DNA from: the human T2T-CHM13v2.0 reference genome, Homo sapiens
Strand: one strand, 5' to 3'
Assembly: GCF_009914755.1 (NCBI RefSeq)
Contig: NC_060940.1
Length of the DNA stretch: 64,000 bases
Positions 14,621 through 28,636 of the stretch are shown here, one piece after another. The position numbers and the translations under genes were made by a program. Numbering within the stretch: the stretch's first letter is position 1; every line of letters starts with the position of its first letter. The notes under the pieces are model-generated. The model made no database searches. It had not been told where the DNA came from and worked only from the letters and a program-made list of their open reading frames with translations.

Positions 14621-15163
14621 CCAATCTTACAAGGTTATTATAAAATCATGCTGAATTAAAAAACATTTGGTATGTAAGAGGCTCTCAGTGGCTGATGGCT
14701 ATTATTGTTGTCCCTGCTAATGTTAATAAAGGAGTGGAAGAACACTGCTATTAACATGCCTTTGGATAATGGCATCAATGTAGCTACTAGTAAAGGAGTA
14801 ACCTATCCTGGGAATGTGCTTGGAACACGACTGGAAACATATTGCAGATGTAATGAGCATGATACAAAATTAACCAGTTTGTATCCATGAAGACCAACAC
14901 GTGGATACTTCTCCCAGTATGATATTTTCCCTGGTCTGTGATCAATCATGTATTGATACGATTGTCTAGGGGCCTACGTACCTAGATAAAATTTAATTTT
15001 ATTAAACTATATCATTCCAACTACCATGTTTTAAAGCAAAGCCTTGTTATGTTTACAAGTTAAAGATTTTTAAAAAACTTTTTTTAAGTTAACAATTCTG
15101 CAGACTCAATATGCGTAAATTGATTTATGAAAATTATCTATGGATAGGTCAATTGATCTATCA

Positions 15164-15502
<339 letters not shown>

Positions 15503-17737
15503 TCACATAAACCAGTTTATTTAGCATATTAATGATTCCTGTGGCAGCACTAATTTCACTGTGAATCTGACAGAAGGGGGTAAATATACAATTCTCCTCT
15601 TTCCTGGTGACTCCCACTAAACAATTCCAGCACTAGTTTTGCATGAAACATAAACTTTGGTGAATATATTTTTTTTAAATTGTTAATAGAGTGAAAATTC
15701 CAGAAAGTCATATTGTGTTTAGTTAAAAATAAAGCTTAGAATGAAAAAAAAAGTTGGTAATTGGAGTTGGATGATGGAGATGTGGAAATTCATAATGCAG
15801 TATTTGTACTTTCACAAGCCTGAAATTTGTAGTAAAATAAAAAGATCTGTTTAAAAAAATGGACGGGTTCTCATTTCACTTGTTCTCTCACTGCTAGGCT
15901 CAAGAAGTTTTGGTTATTTGAAATGTTTTCACCAAAAACTCCATTAAGATATTTTCTTAGTAGTGGAGTGGTCCTATTCCCACATCATCCAAACCAGACC
16001 CCTGCCAAGAATGAATGGAGATGCTCTTCATGGGTCAGGACCATGATTACGAACAAAGCTTTTAAAGACAAACTGAGATGGATGGTCTACTACTTGGTAG
16101 GAACTCTACTGAATAGTCTCAAAAATGCATCGTCTAAAAGTCAACAAATAAATGACTAAGTATAATGAGCAAATAAACCTCAGGAGCAATGCCAGTTTTT
16201 GCTATTTCTGTGTTTACTGACTGCTTGAACTTGTGGGTGAGGCAGTTATTCATGAAGGGAGGTTTGTGTCTTCTTCTTTGGGAGAATACTTTCCAATCAT
16301 AGGCTCCCTGGTAACAATTGCTGCGTGGTTGGGCACGGTGTGCATGGCTAACCCTGTGAGAGTTAAGAAGCTCCCAGGTGCCAGTTGGCTATTGAAGATT
16401 ATGCAGCTCCCTGCCAAGGCACTGCTCCCATAGCAGTCATGGAAAACCTTTTCCTGATTCAACCATTGTGTCCAGCCAGCTGGCAGGGGTGTGATCACTG
16501 GGCTGTGAGTGGGTTGCTGGCAGTGAGTGCCATGCCTCAGGAGCCTCTGATGAATGCTTCATATGGTGGGCAGTTTCTCAACCGTAATTATTTACTTTTG
16601 ATACCAGTGTGAACAAGGCTGATATATTTATATGATATAAAACTCAGCTAATCTACTTTCGTGATAACAAACTATTTTACATTTTCAAACTAAATTTTAT
16701 TTACTAAAGTCACTTTCTCCATTTTTTTCTTTTCCAAATAGTATTAATCATAACTCCAGGTCTAAGTAACTAAGTAATCACAACTCCAGCCTAAGTAACG
16801 ATATAATGAAAAGTGATACTTAAATGTATAATGTGCTTTTTGAGTGCTCTGTTGAACATACTTTATCTTAGTAAAGATTTTACTCAAAATTAATTTTGAC
16901 CCTATAGTATGGTAGATTTTAAGCAAAACATTTGTCTCTTAGTAAATATTCATTTTCATGTACTTTAAATCAACACCAGCTACTATAAAAATCAGACTTC
17001 TACTTCACCAAGAGCTATAGACATATCAATACACATTAATACAGAAATCCAACTTTGAGAAATTTGATCCTGAGAAATAATAAGAAAAATAGCCAAGTAT
17101 ATGTCACAACTTTATTAATAACTGTGGTTAACAATTACTTAAGTATGCAATAATAGAGAAAGTAGCGAAATATTTTGGCACATTCACACCTGAAATATTA
17201 GGCAGCCTGTGAACCATATTTAAGAATATTTAATGAATTTTGAAATATTCATATAACTTTGGTTTTGGATGACTTCTTTTCATCTAGCTTTATTCAATAC
17301 CATAAATACACATGTATAGAACACTGGAAGAAAGTACTATAAGATATTAATAGTTATCTCTGAGTTTGTAGTTGATAGATAATTCTGTTTCTATAAATTT
17401 TCTTTGTTTTATGAGTTTTCTGAAAAATTATTCATTACTGTTATTATAATCAAATTTAACTATATTAAGATCCATATAAATTATTTATGAATCTATGTAA
17501 TGCATCTACATTTGACCCTTGAATAATGTAGGGGTTAGGGATACTGATCCCCCACACAGTTGAAAGTCCACATGTAAGTTTTGACTCCACCAAAACTTAA
17601 CCATTAATAGCCTGCTGTTGACTGGAAGCCTTACCAGTGACTTACATAGTCTGACACATAGTTTGTATGTTTTATACTTTATGTACCACATTCTTACAAT
17701 AATGTAAGCTAAAGGAAAGAAAATGTTAAGAAAATCA

Positions 17738-19010
<1,273 letters not shown>

Positions 19011-19229
19011 AAGAAAATCATTAGGAAGAGCAAATGTTTACTCTTCCTTAAATGGAAGTGGACCATATAAAGATCTTTATCCTCATCATCTTCACATTGA
19101 GTAGCCTGAGGAGGAGGAGTAAGAGGGATTGGTCTTATTGTCTCCGGGGTCTTAGAGAAAGAAGAGGTGGAGGAGGTGGAAGGGGAGGCAGGAGAGCCAG
19201 GCACGCTCTGTGTAACTTTATAGAACTAC

Positions 19230-20810
19230 ATCATAATTTCTGTCTGGTGCTTCTGCTTTTTCATTTGTCTAAAAATGTTTCTATATGATACTAATTATTC
19301 TTTCACCATTTGCTTTAGTTTCAGTGCCTATATCATAGAAGGGATTATGTTGTAAAGAAGTCAAAAGAAGTCTTAATAATTAGAACCCTCTGTCATATTT
19401 TCTGAGGTCAGTTTGTTTTTGACACTGCTTCTTCTACATCTTCTTCCTCAGCATCTGCCACGACGGTTAGGAAGACTCATTTCCATCAAGTTGTCATCTG
19501 TTAAGTCCTCTGCTGTGGTGTCTATTAGCTCTTGAATTGGTTTGAGATCTCTATCTTGAAACCCTTTACCCTCTGCCTTTATTTTGTGTGCCATATTCAC
19601 AATCCCTGTCATGGCTCTGTTGTAAATCCTGTGAAGTCATGTACAACATCTGGACATGCTAGCAGGAAATTCCAGCAGGAATTTATTGTTTAAGGCTTGA
19701 TGGCTTTCACGCCTTTTTCTATACCAGCAATGGCATCTTCAGTGATGTAATCCTAGATATTCATGATGTTCTCTCTGTCGGAGTTGCCTTCCATAAGATT
19801 GACAATTCTTTACATTACTGTGTATAATGCAGCATAGAGGTTCTTACGTCACTCTGATCTGGAGACTGATTTAGAGATGCTGTGTTTTGGGGCATGTAGA
19901 CCACTTTGACACCTTCAGTATTGAGCTCATAGGGTTCTGGGCAGTCCCTTACTGGCACGGTACTTGATGACTTCAGGGACAAAATATTGATGGAACCAAT
20001 CTAGAGAAAGGGTTCTCATTATCTAGGCCATCTTTTTGCACAACCCAAAGACAGGAAGATGGTGTTTATCCTTTCCTTTCAAGATTCAGGGATTACCAGC
20101 TTTATAGATAAGAGCAGTCCTGATCATAAACCTGCCTACATTTGTACAAAACAGTAGAGTTAACCTGTCCTTTATGCCTTAAATCTTGGTGCTTGCTTTT
20201 TTTCCCATGCTAATTAATGTCCTTTTTGCCATTTTTCCCCCAGAATAGGACACTTTCATCTATATTAAATACTTGTTCAGGAAGATATCCTTTCTCCTCA
20301 ATGATTTTCTTAATGGTGCCTGGGAACTCATTTGCTACCTCTTGGTTGGTAGAAGTTCGTTCTCCTGTTATCTTAATATATCAAAAGCCAAACCTCTTTT
20401 TAAAATTATCAAACCATCCTTTGCTGGCATTACATTCTCCAGCTGTAGAGCTTTCACCTACCCTTTGCGTTGTCATATAATGTCTTCATTTTTTCTAAAT
20501 CATATTAGAGTTTATAGGTATGTCTTTCTTATATTAATAGCAATCCTGCATGCACATAAAAGCTGCATTTTCAATATGAGATAAAAAGGTATTTTTCAAA
20601 AAGTGTAAAGATTTTGCACCTACTGGTGTAGCTGCAGTGACAGCTCTATACATTTTCTTCCTTTTTTACAATCATTCTTATGTTGAATTCATTAACCTTG
20701 AAATGGCAGGCAGCTGCAGCTGCAGACTTCAATCTGTAGTGCGTATCAAGCAATTCAACTTTTTCTTGTAATGAAATGCCTTTACTTTTCTCTGCTTTTT
20801 GGGAGCCACT
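19230..20810 (-). pseudogene. Tigger2 transposase remnant (frameshifts and stops)
   Basis: APKKQRKV / SLQEKVELLDTHYRLKSAAAAACHFKVNEFNIRMIVKKE (N-terminal HTH) and PEQVFNIDESVLFWGK (first Asp region of the pogo DDD domain). 3' boundary approximate. Confidence 0.8.
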
Positions 20811-21019
20811 TCCAGCATCACTACTGACACTCCAAATGCATTCCATGGTGTTATCCAATTTATGGTATTGCAGTAAACATGATGAAAAATACACAAGAAC
20901 CACAAGAGATTACTTTTTACTGTGATACACAATTTATTGCAGAGATGAACTAACTGCACATGTGGAGGTGATTAGCATCACATGACATTTTAAGAAGCTA
21001 CTCACAAACTTGAGCTCAC

Positions 21020-21522
21020 TTTCATGCACGTCCGTGTGAAGAGACCAGCAGACAGGCTTTGTGTGAGCAATAAAGCTTTTAATCACCTGGGTGCAGGCGG
21101 GCTGAGTCTGAAAAGAGAGTCAGCGAAGGGAGATAGGGGTGGGGCCGTTTTTATAAGATTTGGGTAGGTAAAGGAAAATTACAGTCAAAGGGGGTTTGTT
21201 CCCTGGTGGGCAGGAGTGGGGGTTGCAAGGTGCTCAGTGGGGGAGCTTTTTGAGCCAGGATGAGCCAGGAAAAGGACTTTTACAAGGTAATGTCATCACT
21301 TAAGGCAAGGACCGGCCATTTTCACTTCTTTTGTGGTAGAATATCATCAGTTAAGGCAAGGACCGGCCATTTACACTTCTTTTGTGGTGGAATGTCATCA
21401 GTTAAGGTGGGGCAGGGCATATTCACTTCTTTTGTGATTCTTCAGTTACTTCAGGCCATCTGGGCGTATATGTGCAAGTCACAGGGGATGTGATGGCTTG
21501 GCTTGGGCTCAGAGGCCTGACA
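21020..21522 (-). promoter_or_regulatory. HERV-H 3' LTR (LTR7), 503 bp
   Basis: TGTCAGGCCTCTGAG...CATGAAA on minus. TATAAAA at 21149-21155, ATTAAA polyA signal near 21080, two tandem 51-bp U3 blocks (21300-21401). Confidence 0.96.
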
Positions 21523-21538
21523 TTCCTGCCTTCTTATA
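21523..21538 (-). other. Polypurine tract
   Basis: Minus strand TAAGAAGGCAGGAA immediately precedes the 3' LTR TGTCA. Confidence 0.75.
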
Positions 21539-21686
21539 TTAATAAGAAAAATAAAACAAAATAGTGTTGAAGTGTTGGGGCAGCGAAAATTTTTTGGGGG
21601 GGTGGTATGGAGAGAGAATGGGCGATGTTTCTCAGGGCTGCTTCAAGCGGGATTAGGGGTGGCGTGAGAACCTAGAGTGGGAGAGA

Positions 21687-23440
21687 TTAAGCTGAAGGGA
21701 GATCTTGTGGTAAGGGGTGATATTGTGGGGTTGTTAGAAGAAATATTTGTCATATAGAATGATTGGTGATGGCCTGGATACAGTTTTGGATGAACTGAGA
21801 AACTAAATGGAAGATACAAGGTCCAAATAAAAGAAGGAGAAAAATGGGTATTAAAGGACTAAGAATTGGGAGGACCCAGGATATCCAATTAGAGAGTGCC
21901 CAAGGGGATTCAGCATAATTACTTGCTTGGTTGGCAAGTTTTTGGGCTCTATCCTTGAGTTTTTTTATGTTGTCATACACCAGGCCAGATTGATTTAGGT
22001 AAAAACAACACTCTTCATTTAAGAATATACAGAGTCCTCCTTTTTCAGCAGTGAGTAAGTCAAGACCTCGGCCGTTTTGGAGGACAACTGCAGCTAAAGA
22101 GTCAACTTGGGCCTGGAGGACTGATTAAGTTGTGATATGTCTGTGATACTAGCAGAGAAGTCATTAGACAGGCTACGGAAGGTCGTGACAGAGGTTGAAA
22201 TGCCTGCTATTCCAGTACCGAGAGCAATAGTGGAGGCAGAAAGTCCTAAACCGACCATCAAGGGAATTAGTAGAATAACTCTTTTTTTGTCGTGTCGGTG
22301 TCATGAGGGGAACAGGGAGCTCTTCGGTCCCATTTGCAAATTGTATTTTAGGGGTAAGGAAAACTAGTGTGAATGTGCCTGTCCAATTAGCAGGTAGACA
22401 CATGTAGGTAGAGGATCCACAGAGGAAGAAGAGACCTTGTGCGAGGCAAAACTGGAGATGTAAAGTAAAAAGGTGAGAAGGAGTGCTGAAAGGGTTGTCT
22501 TGTACCCAGACTCCTAGGGATCCAGCTAGGGCGGCAGCTGTCAGAGGTTGTAATGGGGACTGATGGGGTAACTGCATAGAGGAGGAGGTTCAGTTTTCAT
22601 GGTGTATGAGAAAACGTTGAGTATCTACGAGCAACCTTTCACTGTTATTTTCGGGGCTCGGTATAAGTAAACAAGAAGAGGGCCTGGGAGGGGAGTCTGA
22701 TGAGCAAGGGAAAGTAGTCAAGGATGGAGTGAAATACAGAGTAAGTGTCTTCCTAAACAATAATTACTGCTAATGTTTTTGAGTTTGTCAGTATTGATAG
22801 AGGGTTTTTCTGTAATGTGGAGCTGGAAGGCTCCAATTGTTTCAGTGATGTGTGTAGTTGGGCTTCGGAGATGAAGAGTAAAGGAACATCGAGAAGGTGA
22901 AAGATTGCCTAGGGGAATTCCAGTGGGTCTTTGCCAAGAGATACATAAAGGGGCAGCCAGAGGAATAGTAGTTTGTGTTGTGAGAGGTCCAAATATGGGG
23001 GGAGTAGAGTTAATATAAGGAGAAAGGTTTTTTAAATAAGTGCGGAGGAGGGCAGCAACTTGCTGATGTGAAAGGTCTGGGGAAGTCTTGCTGGACCTGT
23101 CTAGAAAGTAAATGAGTTCTTCAGGAGGGTAAAGGTGAGGGCTGTTAAAGGAGGTTCAGAGGTGTAAGGAGACAGGAGATGTTGCCCAGTCTGTCTGTAA
23201 GGTGGGGACAGCTGTGTAGGCACTGGAAGAAAGGGAAATGCAAAGCCAGCAGTTGTTCACTAAGGAGGGATTAGAAGCGGCTAGGAGAGAATGGGTAAGG
23301 TTGATAGTGTGGTGGAGATAGCTGGGGAGAGGTAAAGGGTGGCATAAGAATGGGAATGAGAATAAGAGTAAGTATAAAAGTAAAGAATAGAACTTCATCA
23401 GGGTGGAAGTATTGGAGGGTGCCCTGCCAGCAAAGATCAT
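21687..23440 (-). pseudogene. env: HERV-H env, full length (~1.75 kb) but disrupted
   Basis: MIFAGRAPSNTSTLMKFYSLLLY signal region, SU CWLC motif, TM ISD LQNGRGLDLLTAEKGGL, CX6CC (CIFLNEECC) and TM anchor. Stops at 23156 and 21750; frameshifts at the furin-site A-run (~22282) and ~22126. Confidence 0.93.
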
Positions 23441-23749
23441 CTACCCACTCTAAGAGGGAATTAAGAGTGGCGGTTTGGGGATAGCACCAAGAGATATCAG
23501 CTGTGATGGCTTGAAGAAACAGTGTAAACCGGCAGTGTAAACAAGAGTAGGGCATTTGTAAGTAGTTGAGAACGGAGAATAGGAGTATGATTAGACAGAA
23601 AACAGTAGGGATGACAAGTTTTTTGGGGCTCGTCCTAAGTGGTGGGGGTGACTTCGTAAAGCCCTGTTGCAAAAAGTAGGGTAAGGACAAACAGACCTAA
23701 GAGAATGAAGGGATGTATTAGGCTCATAAGGGTTATTACTCTTCTTCAG

Positions 23750-26590
23750 AAATACGAGTGAGTTTAAGGGAAGTAGGGGAGAGTACTTGCGACTTCCAGG
23801 AGGAAGAGGAGGGATTAGGCTGGCTGTCCGATGGACAGAGCTTTATTCTGGAATGGTGAACCTAGTGGGGAGGATCCTGAAGGCAGACAGCAGTTGGGGT
23901 ACTATAGATGACTAAGTAGGGTCCGGTCCATCGAGGTTGTAGAGTTTAAGGGGTCAGATTCTTAACAAGAACTGATCATCCAGCTAGGGTGTCTTCATAT
24001 GGCTGGGGATCTGGAGTAAGCAAGAGAAGATTAGCAGTCTGGGGAATTTCCTGTCTAGCCTGTTGGAGGACTGGAAGATAGTCACCTAGAGGGCTGGTGT
24101 CTGTGAAGAGGTTGGGCCCAAGCAAGAAAGTGCGTCCATATAAAAGTTCAAATGGACTGTACCCTGTAGCATCTCGAGGACAGGCTCTAATTCTGAGAAG
24201 GGCAAGAGGTAAAAGTACTGTCCAGTCCTTTTTAAGTTGGAGGCTGAGCTTGGTGAGGTGTGTCTTTAAAAGACCATTAGTCCATTCTACCTTTCCTGAA
24301 GACTGAGGATGGTAAGCGATATGAAGGTTCCACTGAATACCAAGAGCCTGAGAAACTGCTTGGGTGATTTGACTAGTAAAGGCTGGCCCGTTATCAGACT
24401 GTATAGAGGTGGGAAGGCCAAACCGAGGAATTATGTCTGACAGAAGGGCAGAAATGACAGCGGTGGCCTTCTCAGACCCTGTGGGAAAGGCATCTACCCA
24501 TCCAGTGAAAGTGTCTACCCAGACTAAGAGATATTTTAGTTTTCTGACTCGAGGCTTGTGAGTAAAGTCAATTTGCCAGTCCTGGGCGGGGGCAAATCCC
24601 TGAGCTTGATGTGTAGGAAAGGGAGGAGGCCTGAACAATCCCTGGGGGGTAGGTAGTAGAATAGCAGATGGAACACTGAGAAGTGATCTCCTTGAGGATA
24701 GATTTCCATGATGGAAAGGAAATGAGAGGTCCTAAGGGACGGGCTAGTGGCTTGTAACCTACATGGAAGAGGTTATGAAATGATGACAGAATAGAATGGG
24801 CCTGTGAGGCTGGAAGGAGATATTTTCCTTGGTCTAAGAACCATTTGCCTTGTGTGGGAAGAGATCGATAGGTGGAGGTTTCAACAGGGGAGTAGGTGGG
24901 AGTGACCGATGTGAAGGAGAAAAACTGGCTGTGAGGGACAGAAGTTGGAGAGCTAGTTGCTTGTCTAGCCACCTTATCAGCATAAGCGTTGCTGTCAGAG
25001 GTAGAAGTTGGAAAGCTAGCTGCTTGTCTAGCCACCTTATCAGCATAAGCGTTGCTGTCAGAAACAGAAGTTGGAAAGCTAGCTGTTTGTCTAGCCACCT
25101 TATCAGCATAAGCGTTGCCTAGAGCAATGGGATCTGATGACTTTTGATGCCCCTTGCAGTGAATGACCCCAGCTTCCTTTGGAAGTAAAGCGGCCTTGAG
25201 CAGAGTTTTTATTAAAGAGGCATTAATGATGGAGGACCCTTGTGTAGTGAGGAAACCTCTTTCAGCCCATATGACCGCAGGGTGGTGCAGAATATGAAAG
25301 GCATATTTAGAATCAGTATAGATATTGACACGTAGTCCTTTTGCAAGAGTGAGGGCTTGAGTTAAGGCAACTAGTTCGGCTTGCTGAGAGGTAGTGGAGT
25401 GGGGCAGAGCGGTAGCCTCAATGATAGATGTGGAAGATACTATAGCATAGCCTGCCTTTGCTGGTGAGTGGCGATTAGGCCTGGTGGAACTGCCATCAAT
25501 AAATCAAGCGTGGTCAGGGTGAGGAACAGGAAAGAAGGAAATATGGGGAAATGGGGTGAATGTCAGGTGGATCAGAGAGATACAGTCATGGGGGTCAGGT
25601 GTGGTATCAGGAATAATGTGGGAGGCTGGATTGAAGTCCGGGCCAGGAACAATGGTAATTGTGGGACTTAACAAAGAGTGAGTACAGCTGAAGGAGCCGG
25701 GGAGCAGAAAGTATATGCATCAGGTATGAGGAAGAAAATAGATTTTGGAAGTTATGAGAAATGTAGAGAGTGAGTTGAGCATAGTTTGTGATTTTTAGGG
25801 CCTCTAAAAGTATTAAAGCAGCGGCAGCCGCTGCATGCAGACATGAGGGCTAGGCTAAAACAGTAAGGTCAAGTTGTTTGGACAGAAAGGCTACATGGTG
25901 TGGTCCTGTCTCTTGTGTAAGAATTCTGACCGCACTAACCATGCCTAGGAAGGAAAGGAGTTGTTGTTTTGTAAGGGATTGAGGTTTGGGAGAATAATTG
26001 GACACGATCAGCAGGGAGAGCACGTGTGTTTTTATGAGAATTATGCTGAGATAGGTAACAGATGAGGATGAAATTTGGGCTCGACTGAAGTAATAGGGTC
26101 TGTCTGTGAAGCCTTGCGGCAGTACAGCCCAGGTAATTTGCTGAGCCTAATGGGTGTCAGGGTCAGTCTAAGTGAAAGCGAAGAGAGGCTGGGATGAAGG
26201 GTGTAAAGGAATAGTAAAGAAAGCATGTTTGAGATCCAGAACAGAATAATGGGTTGTAGAGGGAGGTATTGAGGATAGGAGAAGATACGGGTTTGGCACC
26301 ATGGGGTGGATAGGCAAAACAATTTGGTTGATAAGGCGCAGATTCTGAACTAACCTGTAAGCCTTGTCTGGTTTTAGGACAGGTAAAATGGGGGAATGGT
26401 AAGGAGAGTTTATAGGCTTTAAAAGACCATGCTGTAGCAGGCGAGGGATAACAGGCTTTAATCTTTTTAAAGCGTGCTGTGGGATGGGATATTGGCATTG
26501 AGCGGGGTAAGGGTGATTAGGTTTTAATGAGATTGTAAGGGGTGCATGATCGGTCGCCAAGGAGGGAATAGAGGTATCTTATACTTGTGG
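23750..26590 (-). pseudogene. pol: HERV-H pol remnant (RT with deletions, RNase H, integrase)
   Basis: RT motifs YRLVQNLRLIN, VLDLKHAFF and LPQGF, with the YxDD block absent. RNase H ...GNAYAD. Integrase core WQIDFTH..VDTFTGW..SDNGPAF..SSGKVE (ORF 23976-24638). Confidence 0.93.
24928..25116 (-). repeat. 3 x 63-bp in-frame tandem repeat in pol (RNase H C-terminus)
   Basis: Units 24928-24990, 24991-25053, 25054-25116; translates as (NAYADKVARQxxSxPTSxxxS)3. Confidence 0.95.
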
Positions 26591-26591
26591 G

Positions 26592-26950
26592 TTAAGGTGG
26601 GGGGGGATACGAGAGGGGGATGCGAAGGAGGCTTTGAACTGGGGAAAAGGTGGCAATGAGGTGTGGCTGTAGCCCAGGAATAGTCAGGGAAGCAGCTAAT
26701 TTGGTTAAAATATCTCGGCCTAATAAGGGAACTGGGCAGGTGGGGATAAATAAAAAAGTGCATAAAGGAGTGTTGTCCAAGTTGGCACTAGAGTTGAGGA
26801 GTTTTCAGGGGTTTTGAAGCTTGGCCGTCGATACCCACAACAATTATCGGGGCGAGGAAAACAGGCCCTTGAAAAGAAGGTAACGTGGACTGGGTAGCCT
26901 CTGTATTGATTAAGAAGGGGACAGACTTACCCTCCACTGTGAGAGTTACT
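26592..26950 (-). pseudogene. pro: HERV-H protease remnant
   Basis: LINTEAT (degenerate DTGA active site) and PVPLLGRDIL motif. Confidence 0.85.
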
Positions 26951-26989
26951 TAGAGCTCTCTGTCCTGTAGGCTTCCGAGGCAATCTGGC

Positions 26990-28100
26990 AGTGTCAGTCT
27001 TCAGCTGCTAAGCCGAGAAGATCTGGGAAGGAGTCAGTCAGAGAGCCTTGGGCCGGAGTTCCAGGGACTCTGGGAGTGGCTGCCAGGTGAGTTGAACAGT
27101 CCGATTTCCGGTGGGGTCCCGCACAGATGGGACACGGCTTAGGAGGAATCCCGGGCTGCGGGCATTCCTTGGCCTGGTGGCCAGATTTCTGGCACTTGTA
27201 GCAAGCTCCTGGGGAAGGTAGTTCTGGAGGAACTCCTGGCCACTGCGGTTTAGGCGTTTGGAAGTTCTTGTGTGCTGGAGATGTGGCTGGGGTTTGTCTC
27301 ACAGTGGAGGCAAGGAATTGTAACTTTTTTCTATTATTGTACACCTTGAAGGCGAGGTTAATTAAATCCTGTCGTGGGGTTTGAGGGCCGGAATTTAATT
27401 TTTGGAGTTTTATTTAATGTCGAGAGCAGATTGGGTAATAAAATGTATATTGAGAATAAGACGGCCTTTTGACCTTTTAGGGTCTACGGCTGTAAAGCGT
27501 CTCAGGGTTGCTGCCGAACAAGCCATGAACAGGGCTGGGTTTTTTATATTTGATGAAAAAGAGTCTAAATGCTCACTGCTTTGGGAGAGGTCGGATAAAG
27601 AAAAAGGAGCATTAACCTTGACTATGCCTTTGGCTCCAGCCACCTTTTTAAGAGGAAATTGCTGGGCAGGTGGGGGAGGGCTAGGCGCGGAACGAAACTG
27701 TAAGCCGGACCAGGTGTGAGGAGGGGAGGTGATAAAAGGATTGTAGGGTGGAGGAGCAGAGGCTGAGGAAGAATTGGGACGTAGCTTGGCCTGGCGAGGA
27801 GCAGCCTGGGGAGGAGGGGAGAGGTCAGATGGATCTGTAGAAAAGAAAGAAAGACTCAGTGACGCTTGGGGTTGGGACTGAGGGGACAGGCGGGAGGGAA
27901 AGGAGGAAGATTTGGGACGAGTTGCTTTGGGCACAGAGACTAGGAAGGGACCGATGTGTAAAAGAATGCCTGGCCGTCAGGCAGCTCAGACCGTTTGCCT
28001 ATTTTACGACAATAATTATTTAGATCTTGCAGGATGGAAAAATGGAAAGTGCCGTTTTCTGGCTATTTGGAACTACTGTTGAGTTTGTATTGGGTCAAGC
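26990..28100 (-). pseudogene. gag: HERV-H gag remnant
   Basis: PPPY late domain (SAPPPYNP); NC zinc knuckles CYKCQKSGHQAKEC and CPICAGPHRKSDC; capsid largely deleted. Confidence 0.88.
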
Positions 28101-28315
28101 GGCATTGCAGAAGAAAATAAGCATTTAGGTTTTAGGTCAGGTGGGAGTTGAAGAGGTTTTAAGTTTTTGAGAACACAGGCTAAGGGAGAAGAAGGAGGAA
28201 TGGAGGGTGGAAGGTTGCCTATAGTGAAGGAGGCAAGTTTAAAGAAAAGGGAGAGTAGAGACATGGAGGGAAGCGGTTCAGGGGTTCCTACCCTCCAGAA
28301 AAGTGGGAAAGGGGT

Positions 28316-28502
28316 TGGGGCGCAGAGATACGAGGTCGGTGCACGGAAATAAGGGATCAGGGTGCAGAGATATGAGGTTGGGGCACGGAAATAAGGGATC
28401 GGGGCACAGAGATATAAGAGGTCGGGGTACGGAAATAAGGGATTGGGGCACAGAGATAAGAGGTCAGGGCGCGGAAATAAGGGATTGGGGCGCAGAGATA
28501 TA
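28316..28502 (-). repeat. HERV-H leader minisatellite, ~4.5 x 41-43 bp
   Basis: Repeated gggcacagagata(ta)agaggtcggggcacggaaataagggat units. Confidence 0.9.
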
Positions 28503-28616
28503 AGGTGAGATGTTCCTTGGGCTGGTGGGTCTGAGGACCTGAGGTTGTAGGTGGATCTTTTTCAAGGAGCAAAGAGCAGGAGGACAGGGGATTGATCTCC
28601 CAAGGAAGGCCCCCCG

Positions 28617-28634
28617 ATCCGAGTCACGGCACCA
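28617..28634 (-). other. Primer binding site for tRNA-His
   Basis: Minus strand TGGTGCCGTGACTCGGAT, 2 nt after the 5' LTR; complementary to the tRNA-His 3' end. Confidence 0.96.
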
Positions 28635-28636
28635 AA

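Noticed and set aside
16744-16799. Short tandem duplications here and at ~4100-4150, 12296-12323, 51584-51641
   Set aside because: Ordinary slippage duplications with no further structure.
23976-24638. 220-aa integrase ORF as a functional or domesticated gene
   Set aside because: The N-terminal zinc-binding region is in another frame and the C-terminus ends prematurely; typical HERV-H remnant.
24928-28502. 63-bp and ~42-bp periodic repeats as CRISPR-like arrays
   Set aside because: Head-to-tail tandem units without unique spacers, inside a provirus in a primate genome; no cas genes.
28617-28634. tRNA-His gene
   Set aside because: Only the 18-nt 3'-end match including CCA is present; this is the retroviral PBS.
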